A DNA stretch of 62,033 nucleotides, counting the filler. It is 8 parts of 8 records of this genome, joined end to end, with 100 filler letters (N's around TTAATTAATTAA, not from the genome) between each part and the next. Parts side by side here need not be neighbours in the genome. Positions count along the whole stretch, not along the records: positions 1 to 5,766 come from SRR31156797_105709; positions 5,867 to 12,396 come from SRR31156797_105796; 6 more parts are not named here. One strand, 5' to 3'. Position numbers and translations under genes: made by a program. Under the pieces are notes generated by a model. That model saw nothing but the letters and a program-made list of their open reading frames with translations, did no database searches and had not been told where the DNA came from. Shown piece after piece: positions 1 to 9,703 of the stretch (position 1 is its first letter; every line of letters starts with the position of its first letter).

Positions 1-27
1 CATGAAGGACATGAAGTTCATGAAGTA
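1..27. repeat. 9-bp tandem repeat CATGAAGNN x3 at contig edge
   Basis: catgaagga/catgaagtt/catgaagta; probably the remnant of a dispersed intergenic repeat where the assembly broke. Confidence 0.55.
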
Positions 28-75
28 AACGTCATGGTGAAAACCGATTCAGCGAGAAGAGTCAAGTTCCACAGG

Positions 76-312
76 TCATGTAACAGAGGGTGGTTCCTTG
101 TAGAAGGTCAGTTCCCAGGCGTTGTTTTGGGGATCGTGGCGTATGATATAGGTGCCCTCGTCAGAGCCTGTGAATTTAAAATAGCGGTGGTCGGGGGCAA
201 GCCAGCTGTCAATCAGCTTTTTAACGCGGATCTTTTTTCCGTGGATAACAATGGCCCGGGGCGTCTCCTCCCCCCTGTACCCGGAATAGCATTTCACCTC
301 GAGGGATATCAT
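76..312 (-). CDS. small conserved hypothetical protein
   Basis: 78 aa; pattern CYSGYRGEETP...DSWLAPDHRYFK...YIIRHD...WEL resembles a widespread small hypothetical family. Confidence 0.7.
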   Translation of the reverse strand: MISLEVKCYSGYRGEETPRAIVIHGKKIRVKKLIDSWLAPDHRYFKFTGSDEGTYIIRHDPQNNAWELTFYKEPPSVT

Positions 313-374
313 TGTTCAGGACCCCCTGCAAACGTCCCGGGGTATGGGGGGAATTTTACCCGGAGCAAGCCGGG

Positions 375-908
375 TCATGCCGTGGTCTCGACGATGTTCC
401 CACCGAGCTCATTGATTCTATCGTCAATGGCTTTCAAGGCTTTATCAATGGTCTGGTAACTGATGTCGGGAAGTTTGCCTCCCCAGATTTTTTCCGCTTC
501 TTCAAATCCTTTGAGAACCCCTTTTCGTCCCTGTTTGAGGCGTTCCATGTCGTCACCGGCACCGTTCAGTACAAAATCGGCAATGCGCTGGGAGGTCTTT
601 GCCACGCCATAATAGCCGTCCTCGCTCACTAGGCTTGCGGCCTCTTCCGGTGTGAGTTCGGACAGGGGCGTTTTGTCAAGGGCGAAATCCTGCTTTTGCT
701 GATCGGTCAGGAGGTTGAACTGGTCGATCATACCCTGGGTGCGGGTGCTGAGCCAGGTGGTTTCCCTGGCGCTGAAGGAAAATCGAACCGTGTTGACGGA
801 AAGTGACAGGGTTGTGGACCGGGCTTTGACCTGGTTTGAATTCTTTGTTTCCAGTAACCCATAGCCTGGTTTTTGAAACGGGTTGATGCTGTAGCCGGTA
901 TTTATCAT
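375..908 (-). CDS. hypothetical protein, DUF5610-like
   Basis: AGGAGGT RBS; C-terminal motif EEA.LVSEDGYYGV.KTS.RI.DF...GFEEAEK.WGG.LPDISYQT. Confidence 0.7.
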   Translation of the reverse strand: MINTGYSINPFQKPGYGLLETKNSNQVKARSTTLSLSVNTVRFSFSARETTWLSTRTQGMIDQFNLLTDQQKQDFALDKTPLSELTPEEAASLVSEDGYYGVAKTSQRIADFVLNGAGDDMERLKQGRKGVLKGFEEAEKIWGGKLPDISYQTIDKALKAIDDRINELGGNIVETTA

Positions 909-947
909 TTGATACCTCCTTGGTGATTAACGGCCTGGTACCTTATA

Positions 948-974
948 ATTTCGGAGTCCCCCGGCAAAAACTGA
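948..974 (-). promoter_or_regulatory. possible sigma28 (FliA)-type promoter
   Basis: minus strand TCAG-N15-TCCGAAAT versus consensus TAAA-N15-GCCGATAA; imperfect match. Confidence 0.3.
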
Positions 975-991
975 AGTTGAAAAAAAACAAC

Positions 992-2389
992 TCAGGGGCT
1001 TCGGGTCAAAGTGATCACCAGGACTTCCGGCCGGCAGTTGAACCGGAGCGGAATTCCGGATGAGCCTGCCCCGCAGGAGGTGTAGCCGCAGGTGTCGTTG
1101 TATCGCCAGCGTCCCGAGACAAATCGCCTTGGCACCGGACAGTGGGTGAACACCGGTCCGATCAGCGGCAGGCAGATCTGGCCGCCGTGGGTGTGGCCGG
1201 AGAGGCACAGATCGATATCGTGATGGTCCAGGCTGTGGATGACCTCCGGGGAATGGGCAAGTAGGATGGAGAACGCGGTTTCCGGCACCTCCCCGAGGGC
1301 CTTGTCAAGGTCGTGGCACTGGTAATAGTGGGGATCGTCAACCCCGCAGATGGCGAGGTGCTGGCCATCCCGTTCCAGGACCATGGCGTCGTTGATCAGC
1401 ATGCAGACGTTGGAGTCTTCGAGATCAGGGGCGATCTCCAGGCAGTCGTGGTTGCCGAGGATTCCGAACACGCCGTCCCTGGCGCGGATATGTCGAACAA
1501 GTCTTTCCAGTTTCTCATTGGCCTTTTCAAACTGCCCGTACATCTCCATCCGGTAATCCCCCCCCAGGAGGCACAGATCCACCGGCTGTTTCCTGACGAT
1601 TTCGATGAGCCGCTCCGTCAGGCCGTCCAGGCCATCCAGGTGGAGATCGCTCATGAAGAGGATCTTATATTGGTCAAAGGCTTCGGGAAGGTGTTTGAAG
1701 CTGAAACTGAGGGCGTTGACCCTGATCCTGAGGGCGTTCCTCAATCCCCGGTTGTAGAGCCCGGACAGCTTGAAGAAGGTCTGCATGAAGATCCGGTAGT
1801 AGATGAAGTTTTCAAAATTAAAGAGCCGGGAGACCGGGGAGAGGGCGATATGGCAGGCCCGCCATTCCTTGAAGCCGGAAGTGGACCGGATCACGGTGTT
1901 GGCCTGTTTCCGGGCCGGTAAAAAGAATCTCCGGTGCAACCGGGAGCCAAAGATGCCCGCCAGGATAAATATGGTGAGCATGGCGCCCGAGGCCCGGAAA
2001 GAAAACCCGTAGGCGCTGTGGAACATGACAAGGGGAAATCCTCCCTGGAAGACCTGGTCCAGGAAGATGATTTCCGTTCCCTCGTCAAAGCTGAATCTTC
2101 TCTTGATAAAACTTGATACGCTGTCTCCGGCCATGGCCAGGAACCCTGCCCCAAATCCCAGTGGGAGGGAAAATCCAAGCGCATAGCCAATGGAGCATCC
2201 CGCCAGGATTCCGATTCCGAACCCGCCCACGGTCTTGTGCTTTCCAAGAAAGGCACGGCCGTCCCAGCAACGCAGGTCAAAGTCCATGGGCGTGCCGAAG
2301 GGTCTTTCTTTGGAGCAAAACGGCATCATGACCGCAGGGGCGGCATTGATCAAAAGAAGCAGCATGATAATCTTTGCGGCAATCATCAT
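992..2389 (-). CDS. CDP-archaeol synthase (CarS/DUF46)-like membrane domain fused to a calcineurin-like metallophosphoesterase
   Basis: N-term NAAP..PMDF..DGRAFLGKHKT..GDSVSSFIKRR..LDQ; C-term SDLH, GGDY, GNHD, LAHSP, GHTHGGQ. Confidence 0.8.
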   Translation of the reverse strand: MMIAAKIIMLLLLINAAPAVMMPFCSKERPFGTPMDFDLRCWDGRAFLGKHKTVGGFGIGILAGCSIGYALGFSLPLGFGAGFLAMAGDSVSSFIKRRFSFDEGTEIIFLDQVFQGGFPLVMFHSAYGFSFRASGAMLTIFILAGIFGSRLHRRFFLPARKQANTVIRSTSGFKEWRACHIALSPVSRLFNFENFIYYRIFMQTFFKLSGLYNRGLRNALRIRVNALSFSFKHLPEAFDQYKILFMSDLHLDGLDGLTERLIEIVRKQPVDLCLLGGDYRMEMYGQFEKANEKLERLVRHIRARDGVFGILGNHDCLEIAPDLEDSNVCMLINDAMVLERDGQHLAICGVDDPHYYQCHDLDKALGEVPETAFSILLAHSPEVIHSLDHHDIDLCLSGHTHGGQICLPLIGPVFTHCPVPRRFVSGRWRYNDTCGYTSCGAGSSGIPLRFNCRPEVLVITLTRSP

Positions 2390-2412
2390 CGGCTCATTGC
2401 TCCGAACCCGGG

Positions 2413-2781
2413 CTATCGCACCGGCACCATTTCAAGCCAGTACCCGTCCGGGTCATTAATGAAGTAAATGCCCATCTCCTTGTTCTCATAGCAGATACAG
2501 TCCATTTTTTTATGAAGGGCGTATGCCGCTTCGAAATCAGGGGTCTTGAAGGCGATGTGGAATTCCTCATCCCCCAGGTTGTAGGGGGTCTCCTGTGATT
2601 TGAGCCAGGTAAGTTCAAGCTTGTTGGATGTGGTGCCGTCCCCTAAAAAAACGATGATGTAGCTGCCGTCCCGGGCGGTTTTCCGTTTTATCTCCTTCAA
2701 GCCGAGGGCCTTGTGATAGAAGTCCAGACTTTTTTCAAGGTCCAGCACATTGATATTGAAATGGTCGATGGTAAATTTCAT
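2413..2781 (-). CDS. gloA: lactoylglutathione lyase / VOC family
   Basis: DHFNINVLDLEKSLDFY...LELTW...YNLGDEEFHIAF...YFINDPDGYWLE; start moved to MKFTID after an AAGGA RBS. Confidence 0.85.
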   Translation of the reverse strand: MKFTIDHFNINVLDLEKSLDFYHKALGLKEIKRKTARDGSYIIVFLGDGTTSNKLELTWLKSQETPYNLGDEEFHIAFKTPDFEAAYALHKKMDCICYENKEMGIYFINDPDGYWLEMVPVR

Positions 2782-3019
2782 TGTAATTTCCTTTTGATGG
2801 GTTTGCAAGAATCTCCCCGCCACGCAACGTATGACGTTTCCGGGATCCGGGTTGGGAATGAAAATACTCTATCATGATTCGTAATTTTTTCAAAGGAATG
2901 CATTTTGCTTCAGGGCTGTTGCGGGACATGGAATCCCTACTACAATTTTACGAATTCATTACATCCACTTCGGTCCGTTTTTTTCCGATGTATAGTCGTT
3001 TAATCTGAAGTATAATCCG

Positions 3020-3051
3020 GGAACGGCCATCCAGGCCGGATCGGCCGTTCC
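3020..3051. terminator. GC-rich hairpin downstream of BCCT gene
   Basis: ggaacggcc...ggccgttcc inverted repeat; no clear U-tract. Confidence 0.35.
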
Positions 3052-3090
3052 ACAACTGCCGGTAAAAGTACATGTGGAATGTCAGGTAGA

Positions 3091-4599
3091 TCAGTGTTCG
3101 CCGGTGAGCTGTTTGACAATGGCCCAGGCCATGGCCACCATGAGTAGTACAAAGGGAAACGAGACGACAAAGGAGATGGTTTGAACCGCTTTCAGTCCTC
3201 CGGCCACCAGCAGCATGGCGGCGATGGTGCTGCAGACGATCCCCCAGAACACCTTGACTCCGTTTCCCGGTTCAAGCTCTCCCCCCGAGGTCATCATGCC
3301 GACCACAAAGGTGGCGGAATCCGCAGAGGTGATAAAGAAGACCATGACGATCACCATGGCGATCAGGGAGAGGACGGCGCCCATGGGAAAGTGGTCGAAC
3401 AGAACAAAGATGGCGGTGGTGACGTCTTTGACCGTTGCCTCGGTAATGCCGCCTCCGCCGTTGAGTTCGATGCCAATGGCCGATCCCCCAAGGATGTTGA
3501 ACCAGATGGCGCACATGAGTGTGGGAGCCAGGAGGGTGCCGAAGATAAATTCCCGGATGGTGCGGCCCCTTGAGATCCGTGCGATGAACGCCCCCACAAA
3601 GGGCGCCCAGGTCAGCCACCAGGCCCAGTAAAAGACGGTCCAGGTTCCGCACCAGTCATACCCCGTATGTAGTTCGACTTCTCCTGAGGCATCCATGAAA
3701 AAGCTGAGCCAGACCATGTTTTGAAGGTAGCTGCCCATGGATTCAACCAGGGAATCGATAATGTGGCGGGTGGGGCCGAGCAGCAGCACCAGGAGCATCA
3801 ATATAAAAGCAAGGGCCATATTGGTGCTGCTCAATATCCTGATGCCTTTGTCAATGCCGGTCACGGCGGAGAGGATGTAGAGAAGGGTGACAACGGCGAT
3901 GATGATGATGGAAATAGTGGTGGAATTGGGAATCCCGTAGAGCCGGTTCAGTCCGGTTGTCACCTGGAGGCTGCCCAGGCCAAGGGAAGTGGCCACCCCA
4001 AAGAGGGTTACCACCACGGCCAGGCTGTCAATGGTTTTGCCCATGATCCCTTCCACTTTTTTTCGGCCCATCAGGGATTCCATTGTCCAGGAGATCAGGG
4101 CCGGGTTGCCTTTTCTGAACTGGGAGTAGGCAAGGGCCATGGCCACGACGGCGTAGCAGGCCCAGGGGTGGAAGCCCCAGTGGAACAATACGGTTCGCAT
4201 GGCATCCGAGGCCGCCTGGGCGGATTTGGGTTCGGCAAAGGGGGGAGACGCAAAATGGCAGATGGGTTCGGCCACGCCCCAGAAAACAAGGCCGATGCCC
4301 ATGCCCGCGGCAAAGAGCATTGCAAACCAGGCGGTCCGGGTGAATTCAGGCGTTTCATCATCCTTGCCAAGCCGGATGCTGCCGTATTTGCTCACTGCCA
4401 GTCCAAAGCAGAAGATCACAAAGCCTGCCACGCACACCATGTAGATCCAGCCGAAGTTTTGGATAAAAAAATGAAACAGTTTATCAAAAACAGCTTTGGT
4501 TCCCTGGGGCGATACCAGGGTTGCTCCGATAAATGCGGCACAGATGATGACCGACGTGGTTGTGATTCGCTTGTCAATGGCGCGTTCCACCGTTTTCAT
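3091..4599 (-). CDS. BCCT family (betaine/carnitine/choline) transporter
   Basis: WFAMLFAAGMGIGLVFWGVAEP, FHWGFHPW, WTVFYWAWW, FIARISRGRTIREF; start MKTVER after AAGGAG. Confidence 0.95.
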   Translation of the reverse strand: MKTVERAIDKRITTTSVIICAAFIGATLVSPQGTKAVFDKLFHFFIQNFGWIYMVCVAGFVIFCFGLAVSKYGSIRLGKDDETPEFTRTAWFAMLFAAGMGIGLVFWGVAEPICHFASPPFAEPKSAQAASDAMRTVLFHWGFHPWACYAVVAMALAYSQFRKGNPALISWTMESLMGRKKVEGIMGKTIDSLAVVVTLFGVATSLGLGSLQVTTGLNRLYGIPNSTTISIIIIAVVTLLYILSAVTGIDKGIRILSSTNMALAFILMLLVLLLGPTRHIIDSLVESMGSYLQNMVWLSFFMDASGEVELHTGYDWCGTWTVFYWAWWLTWAPFVGAFIARISRGRTIREFIFGTLLAPTLMCAIWFNILGGSAIGIELNGGGGITEATVKDVTTAIFVLFDHFPMGAVLSLIAMVIVMVFFITSADSATFVVGMMTSGGELEPGNGVKVFWGIVCSTIAAMLLVAGGLKAVQTISFVVSFPFVLLMVAMAWAIVKQLTGEH

Positions 4600-4756
4600 T
4601 GGGTCTCCTTGTGGGGTTGAGATCGTTTGCTGATAGAAAAACGTGATCCTTTGCAATTATTTGATGATGTTTGGGGCCTCCCTGGATTTGAAATGGGGAG
4701 GGGGATAGACCGGGTGCGGTCTCTCCCCCCATGGGGTGATGGTCAAGCGTTCAACA

Positions 4757-5551
4757 TTATTCAAACACGCCTGCCCTGAAGGATTTCAGGTAGTTCATGC
4801 AGAAATTGTCCCTTCCTGCCAGGGCTTCCGCCGCAACAATGGCTGCGATCATGCCCTTGTCCAGGGGATTGACAATGGCGCCGTCCAGGCCCTTGGCAAT
4901 GGCCTGGATCATGAACGCCCGGTTCAGGTGCTTTCTGCCGGGAAGCCCGTAGGAAATGTTGGAAAGCCCGCAGGCCGTATGGATGCCCGGGAAGGTGTTG
5001 ACAATGGTTTCAATGGTGTCGATGAACTCCACGCCGAACCGGTTGTTCACGGACAGGGGCTGCACCAGGGGATCCACATAGATGTTCTCGACGGGAACAT
5101 TGTTTTGAATCAGCGCGTTGACAAGCTTGTCCGCGATTTTCATCCTGTCGTCAACGGTCTCGGGCATGCCGTCGTCGCCCATGCACAGGGCCACCACCTT
5201 GAGGTCGGTGCCCGCCACGATGGGCATGAGGTTGTCATAACGCTCATTTTCAAGGGATATGGAGTTGATCATGGCAACGCCCTTGTGAACGGACAGGGCC
5301 GCCTCGATGGCCTTGGGATCGGGACTGTCAATGGCACAGGGGATGTCCACTGCTTCCTGGACCGTTTGGACCAGCCATTTGAGATAATCCGCCTCCTTGC
5401 CCACAAAGATACCGGCATTGACATCCACAAAATTGGTGTGGTTTTCCTCCTGGGCCTTTGCCACTTGTCTGATGGCCTCCGCATCCTGGTTTTCGATGGC
5501 CGCCTTGATGGCCTTGCGGCTGGCATTGATGAGTTCTCCGATGATAATCAT
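4757..5551 (-). CDS. methyltetrahydrofolate:corrinoid methyltransferase (pterin-binding, AcsE/MtgA-type role)
   Basis: IIGELINASRK, IDSPDP, MINSIS, YVDPLVQP, CGLSNISYGLP.R. Confidence 0.92.
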   Translation of the reverse strand: MIIIGELINASRKAIKAAIENQDAEAIRQVAKAQEENHTNFVDVNAGIFVGKEADYLKWLVQTVQEAVDIPCAIDSPDPKAIEAALSVHKGVAMINSISLENERYDNLMPIVAGTDLKVVALCMGDDGMPETVDDRMKIADKLVNALIQNNVPVENIYVDPLVQPLSVNNRFGVEFIDTIETIVNTFPGIHTACGLSNISYGLPGRKHLNRAFMIQAIAKGLDGAIVNPLDKGMIAAIVAAEALAGRDNFCMNYLKSFRAGVFE

Positions 5552-5565
5552 GGTGACGCTCCTTA

Positions 5566-5766
5566 TCAGGCTGCGGATAGAAAGGTTTTTGCCAGTTTTG
5601 ACGCGGAGCCGGCATCCGGGGCATAGCCGTCAACCCCGATTTCATCTGCAAATTCCTGGTTCACCGGTGCACCGCCCACAAGAATTTTGACCGAATCCCT
5701 GAGACCGCTTTCGGCAATGGCATCCACGGTTTGTTTCATCATGGGCATGGTGGTGGTGAGGAGGGC
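5566..5766 (-). CDS. corrinoid (B12-binding) protein, C-terminal part (truncated by contig end)
   Basis: ALLTTTMPMM...VKILVGGAPVNQEFADEIGVDGYAPDA. Confidence 0.9.
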   Translation of the reverse strand, partial: ALLTTTMPMMKQTVDAIAESGLRDSVKILVGGAPVNQEFADEIGVDGYAPDAGSASKLAKTFLSAA

Positions 5767-5866
5767 NNNNNNNNNNNNNNNNNNNNNNNNNNNNNNNNNN
5801 NNNNNNNNNNTTAATTAATTAANNNNNNNNNNNNNNNNNNNNNNNNNNNNNNNNNNNNNNNNNNNN
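5767..5866. other. artificial contig spacer
   Basis: N44-TTAATTAATTAA-N44. Confidence 0.99.
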
Positions 5867-7752
5867 AATCCTGCATCAATAACCTGCTGCATCAGTTCCT
5901 TTATCGCAGGCATTTCCTCTTCAAAACTTATGGCTGATGTGACAAGGACAAGTTCAATCTCCTTCTCTTTCAGGCCATTGATCCTGAGGATGTTATCCTC
6001 GTTCATCATTTCACTGAACAGAGTAATTGGTGCATAGATGATATCGGCACCGGATTTTGATGCAACGATAACCGAGTCGATATTGGATACCTCAACACTC
6101 AAAAGGGGTCCTTTATTCTCTGAACCTGATTGCCCTTTCTTTCTCCTGTATCCTGTGGAAACATCAGGGCAGGCACGATTGCGACCCTGTGAAGGGAATC
6201 TTGAATTGAAGAGCTCATCCACAGCTTCTCTTCTTGTCCCGGAAAGTGCTCCAAGGGGGATGAATATATTATCGTCAATATCAAGAACTATATCTTCTGC
6301 GTGGAATGTCGTGTCCCCCAGCTTTGCAAGGGACGTTGTGATCTGTTCCTTGTCAGTTGCTGCCTTTTTTGCTTCCTGTACCACATAATCGCTTATGGCC
6401 TCTGTTTCCATGTCCCTGCTCTTTACAGTAACACTGAGTTTCTCCCCTATTCTCGCATGAAGGGTTATCATCAGAGGCGTGGTATAGAGCCCGGTATCCT
6501 GCAGCTTCTGCAATAACTGCGGGTCGGTGGAAACATAGACCTCATCATTCTTCCGTATTGACTTACTGGTCTTCGGACTTATTAGGAGGGTGGCCTCTTC
6601 TCCTTTCTTTGCCACTTCAACCGGTTTCCCGTCAACAAGAACACCGTTTATACGGCATCCTATCATCCTTATCTTTGTGTTTATGCTGATCCCGTCATTG
6701 GGTTTGATATCCTCAAGCGGGGTGATGGTGAGCCTGCCTTCATCATCTGCCTTCATTATGCTTGATACGGTCCCAAGGTAAGCACCATAATTAGCACTGT
6801 ATTTTCGCTGAGTGACATCATCTTTACCAAGAACGAAACCACGTGTAAATCCTCTGTAGAAGAGCTTTGCCAGTTCGGTTTCCATTTCCTCCAGTTCTTC
6901 TACACTGAAGTTCTCTCCTGTATCACATACCTTTTCGGCAACGGTACGATAGGTTCTGGCACTGGCAGTGACGTATTCCGGTCTTTTCATCCTTCCTTCG
7001 ATTTTCAGGCTTTTTACACCGCTTCTTACAATATCTTCAAGCCCGGGAAAGGTACAGAGTTCTGCACAACTGATGGGATATGCACCAACTAGCTCGTTGT
7101 CTATTACCTGACCGTCCACTGACATCTTAAATGGTCGTCTGCATGGCTGGAAACATGCTCCCCTGTTCGCACTTCTGTCAGTAATAGCAGTGCTGAAGAG
7201 GCATCTGCCTGAGAATGAGTAGCAAAGGGCACCGTGGACAAATATCTCTATTTCAATGGATGTCTGGTCTATGATGCTCTTTACCTGTTCCGTTGTAAGT
7301 TCCCTTGAAAGTATAACCCTTGAAGCACCTGCATCTCCCATAAAGGCCACACCCTGTGGGTTGTGTATGGTCATCTGGGTGCTTGCATGTAGTGGAAGGT
7401 CCGGAAAATGCTCTTTCAGTAAAAAGAAAAGACCGAGGTCTTCCAGTATGATGGCATCTATATTGTAAGCATATGCCTTGTGAACAATATCAATAGCATC
7501 CTGAACCTCGTTCTGTTTGAGTGGTATGTTCAGTGCTAGGAAGACTTTGACACCGTATGAATGTGCAAGATCTATATTCTCTCTTAACTCGTTTATTGAG
7601 AAATTCTTTGCACCCTGTCTTGCATTGAACTCGCCGACTCCCAGATAGACTGCGTTAGCTCCGCCTTTTATTGCAGCTTTGAGGGCTTCAGGGTCACCGG
7701 CAGGTGCCAGTATCTCAGGGGGTGTACATCTTGAAGGACTGTTATTATGCAT
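5867..7752 (-). CDS. peptidase U32 family Fe-S protein with DUF3656-like region (RlhA-like RNA hydroxylase), 3' truncated
   Basis: PEILAPAG, GANAVYLG, HASTQ, HGALCYSFSGRC...NRGACFQPCR, KIEGRMKRPEY, LAKLGDTTF; start at MHNNS is approximate. Confidence 0.85.
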
Positions 7753-7907
7753 AGGGATCAGGTTCTTTTGGATATATGGGATTGATGGAATTGCACGGAT
7801 ATTTTCCAGCAAAGAGATTTACAGGCAGGACTATCCGGGTCGGTCTACATTATGTTCGTCTTATTTAAAACGATTTCTACAATATGACATTTCACTGTTC
7901 TTCAACT

Positions 7908-9404
7908 TTAAGAATAGGACACTGATTCTACAGTAGTACCTTTTCCTATGAGCAGGTTGTACGAATCGTTCGCCTCATTGTATTTGACAAGTACATTAAA
8001 TATTCTGAGTATGCTTCCATACTCTGCCTTTGTGATGATCTCATTGTCCTCTGAGAAATTATGAGAGGGAAGTACAGCGTAAATTGCCTTTTTAGAAGTA
8101 CCATCGCATATGCGATAAAGTTTGTACTTTTCGTCACCCAGATCCCCTGACATCAAGGAACACATCACATTTATTCGCTTCTTGTTGTGGGTATCTATCT
8201 TTGACATGCGGGCGAACTTCGACTTTGCAGGAGTGATAAAATTCTGTTTTGCCAGTTTATCCTTCCTGAGTATCGCGTATGAGTATTTGATATCGACATT
8301 GATGTAGCGGTATGGTTCATCACATTCTGCCATTCTCACCATAAGCCTGGGAGCCTTTATGTCCTGTTTCTGCTCAAAACTCCAGCATTTGTCCAGTGTG
8401 CATTCGGCGGACCAGAGGAATGAGCATGGACTGTAGATCTTAAGTCCGGCTCGCTTTAGCATAATACTGAGTCTTCTCATCTCGATGGAATTGTTCTTGT
8501 CAGCGGGTTCTATTATAATTATACTGCCATCTGGCGAAAGTTTCTCTGACATCTTCTTCACAAGAGTGATCCTCTGCTGGAGGTCCAGGTCCTTCATCTC
8601 GTTGAGAACGTTTGAAAAGACCATGAGGTCGATGTTGTCAGGTAGCTTCTCGATGTCAAGTTCATTAAGATCTGCTTTGATGGGTTCCTCCACAGTAACA
8701 TTCGACTGTATCGCTGCATATTGTGGTACAAGGAAATTGTAGGCTTCCACATTCTCATGGAAAAGTTCGATGGAATGGATCTCAGCCCTGTGATTATCAA
8801 GACGGTTGTACAGGTCAATTATGGCCAGTGGTATTGTGCCTGGTCCGGAACCGACATCCAGTATCTTCATGCGGTCCTTCAGCAGACCTTCCTTTGCCAT
8901 ATCATAGAGCAGGTACTGGAACTGTACGAAGTATACCGGGAACTGGTATGCAAGGTAGCCGAGTACATCATAGCCTCTCCCGTAACTTATGTTCCTGTCA
9001 CTGCCTTCTTTCCAGTAGCTGGATTTCTGATTTCGGATGGCCTTTCTTATCTTTTCAAGCACAAAGGTTTCGTCCCACTTCTTGCTGGTCTTTTTCTCTA
9101 TGTATTGCTCAATGAGACGTTCCATTTTTCTGGAAACTCCGGGTGAGCTGAAAAAGAGTTCGTTCTTTTTGATCTCATCCCCGGACAGTTCCATCTGTTT
9201 TCTGGAGGCTGCCCGAATGATCCTGTAATCATCACCTTCTTCAACAACATCGACCCCGAGGTCAAAGATTAGTGGTTTAAGGGTCTGGTATACCTGCCGG
9301 ACAGATGTTTCTTCCTTGAGGTAATCTGTAAGTTCTGATAGCATAAATTCCGGTCTCATACGTGAGACGTATTTAAATGTGGATATAATCTCCCTGTCTG
9401 ACAT
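7908..9404 (-). CDS. class I SAM-dependent methyltransferase, Rsm22/METTL17-like
   Basis: YLAYQFP, ILDVGSGPGT, FSNVLNE, IIIEP, then SPC..EC..KC and later ICDG. Confidence 0.75.
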   Translation of the reverse strand: MSDREIISTFKYVSRMRPEFMLSELTDYLKEETSVRQVYQTLKPLIFDLGVDVVEEGDDYRIIRAASRKQMELSGDEIKKNELFFSSPGVSRKMERLIEQYIEKKTSKKWDETFVLEKIRKAIRNQKSSYWKEGSDRNISYGRGYDVLGYLAYQFPVYFVQFQYLLYDMAKEGLLKDRMKILDVGSGPGTIPLAIIDLYNRLDNHRAEIHSIELFHENVEAYNFLVPQYAAIQSNVTVEEPIKADLNELDIEKLPDNIDLMVFSNVLNEMKDLDLQQRITLVKKMSEKLSPDGSIIIIEPADKNNSIEMRRLSIMLKRAGLKIYSPCSFLWSAECTLDKCWSFEQKQDIKAPRLMVRMAECDEPYRYINVDIKYSYAILRKDKLAKQNFITPAKSKFARMSKIDTHNKKRINVMCSLMSGDLGDEKYKLYRICDGTSKKAIYAVLPSHNFSEDNEIITKAEYGSILRIFNVLVKYNEANDSYNLLIGKGTTVESVSYS

Positions 9405-9427
9405 TATTGAATCATACCCCTTCCCAT

Positions 9428-9523
9428 GTGATAAATATGGTGATGGATTGGGTGATGGATTGGACGATAGATTGGGTGACGGATTATGTGATGAGTCGGT
9501 CGATGGATGGGATTACGGATGGA
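9428..9523. repeat. degenerate 12-bp tandem repeat, about 8 units, consensus GTGATGGATTGG
   Basis: gtgataaatatg/gtgatggattgg/gtgatggattgg/acgatagattgg/gtgacggattat/gtgatgagtcgg/tcgatggatggg/attacggatgga. Confidence 0.8.
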
Positions 9524-9703
9524 GCGGTTTCAGTTGTTAATGTTTTGAAGAACTGCAAAAAGGCGTCTAATTTAAATATCATTAAAGTATAGTCAAATTT
9601 AGTTGTCTTAAAACAAGTTAATTGGATTATCTCCGAAGATCTGGACAACGAAAATAAGCAGGGAACTTCCACATGGACGAGGGAATTTCTCTAATAAAAA
9701 GAA

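Noticed and set aside
3721-5626. Long plus-strand ORFs 3721-4620 and 4736-5626
   Set aside because: Antisense shadows of the BCCT and methyltransferase genes; no recognisable motifs.
9407-9672. Small ORFs spanning the 12-bp repeat
   Set aside because: Weak starts and no homology cues; open frames are expected from a repeat whose unit is a multiple of three.
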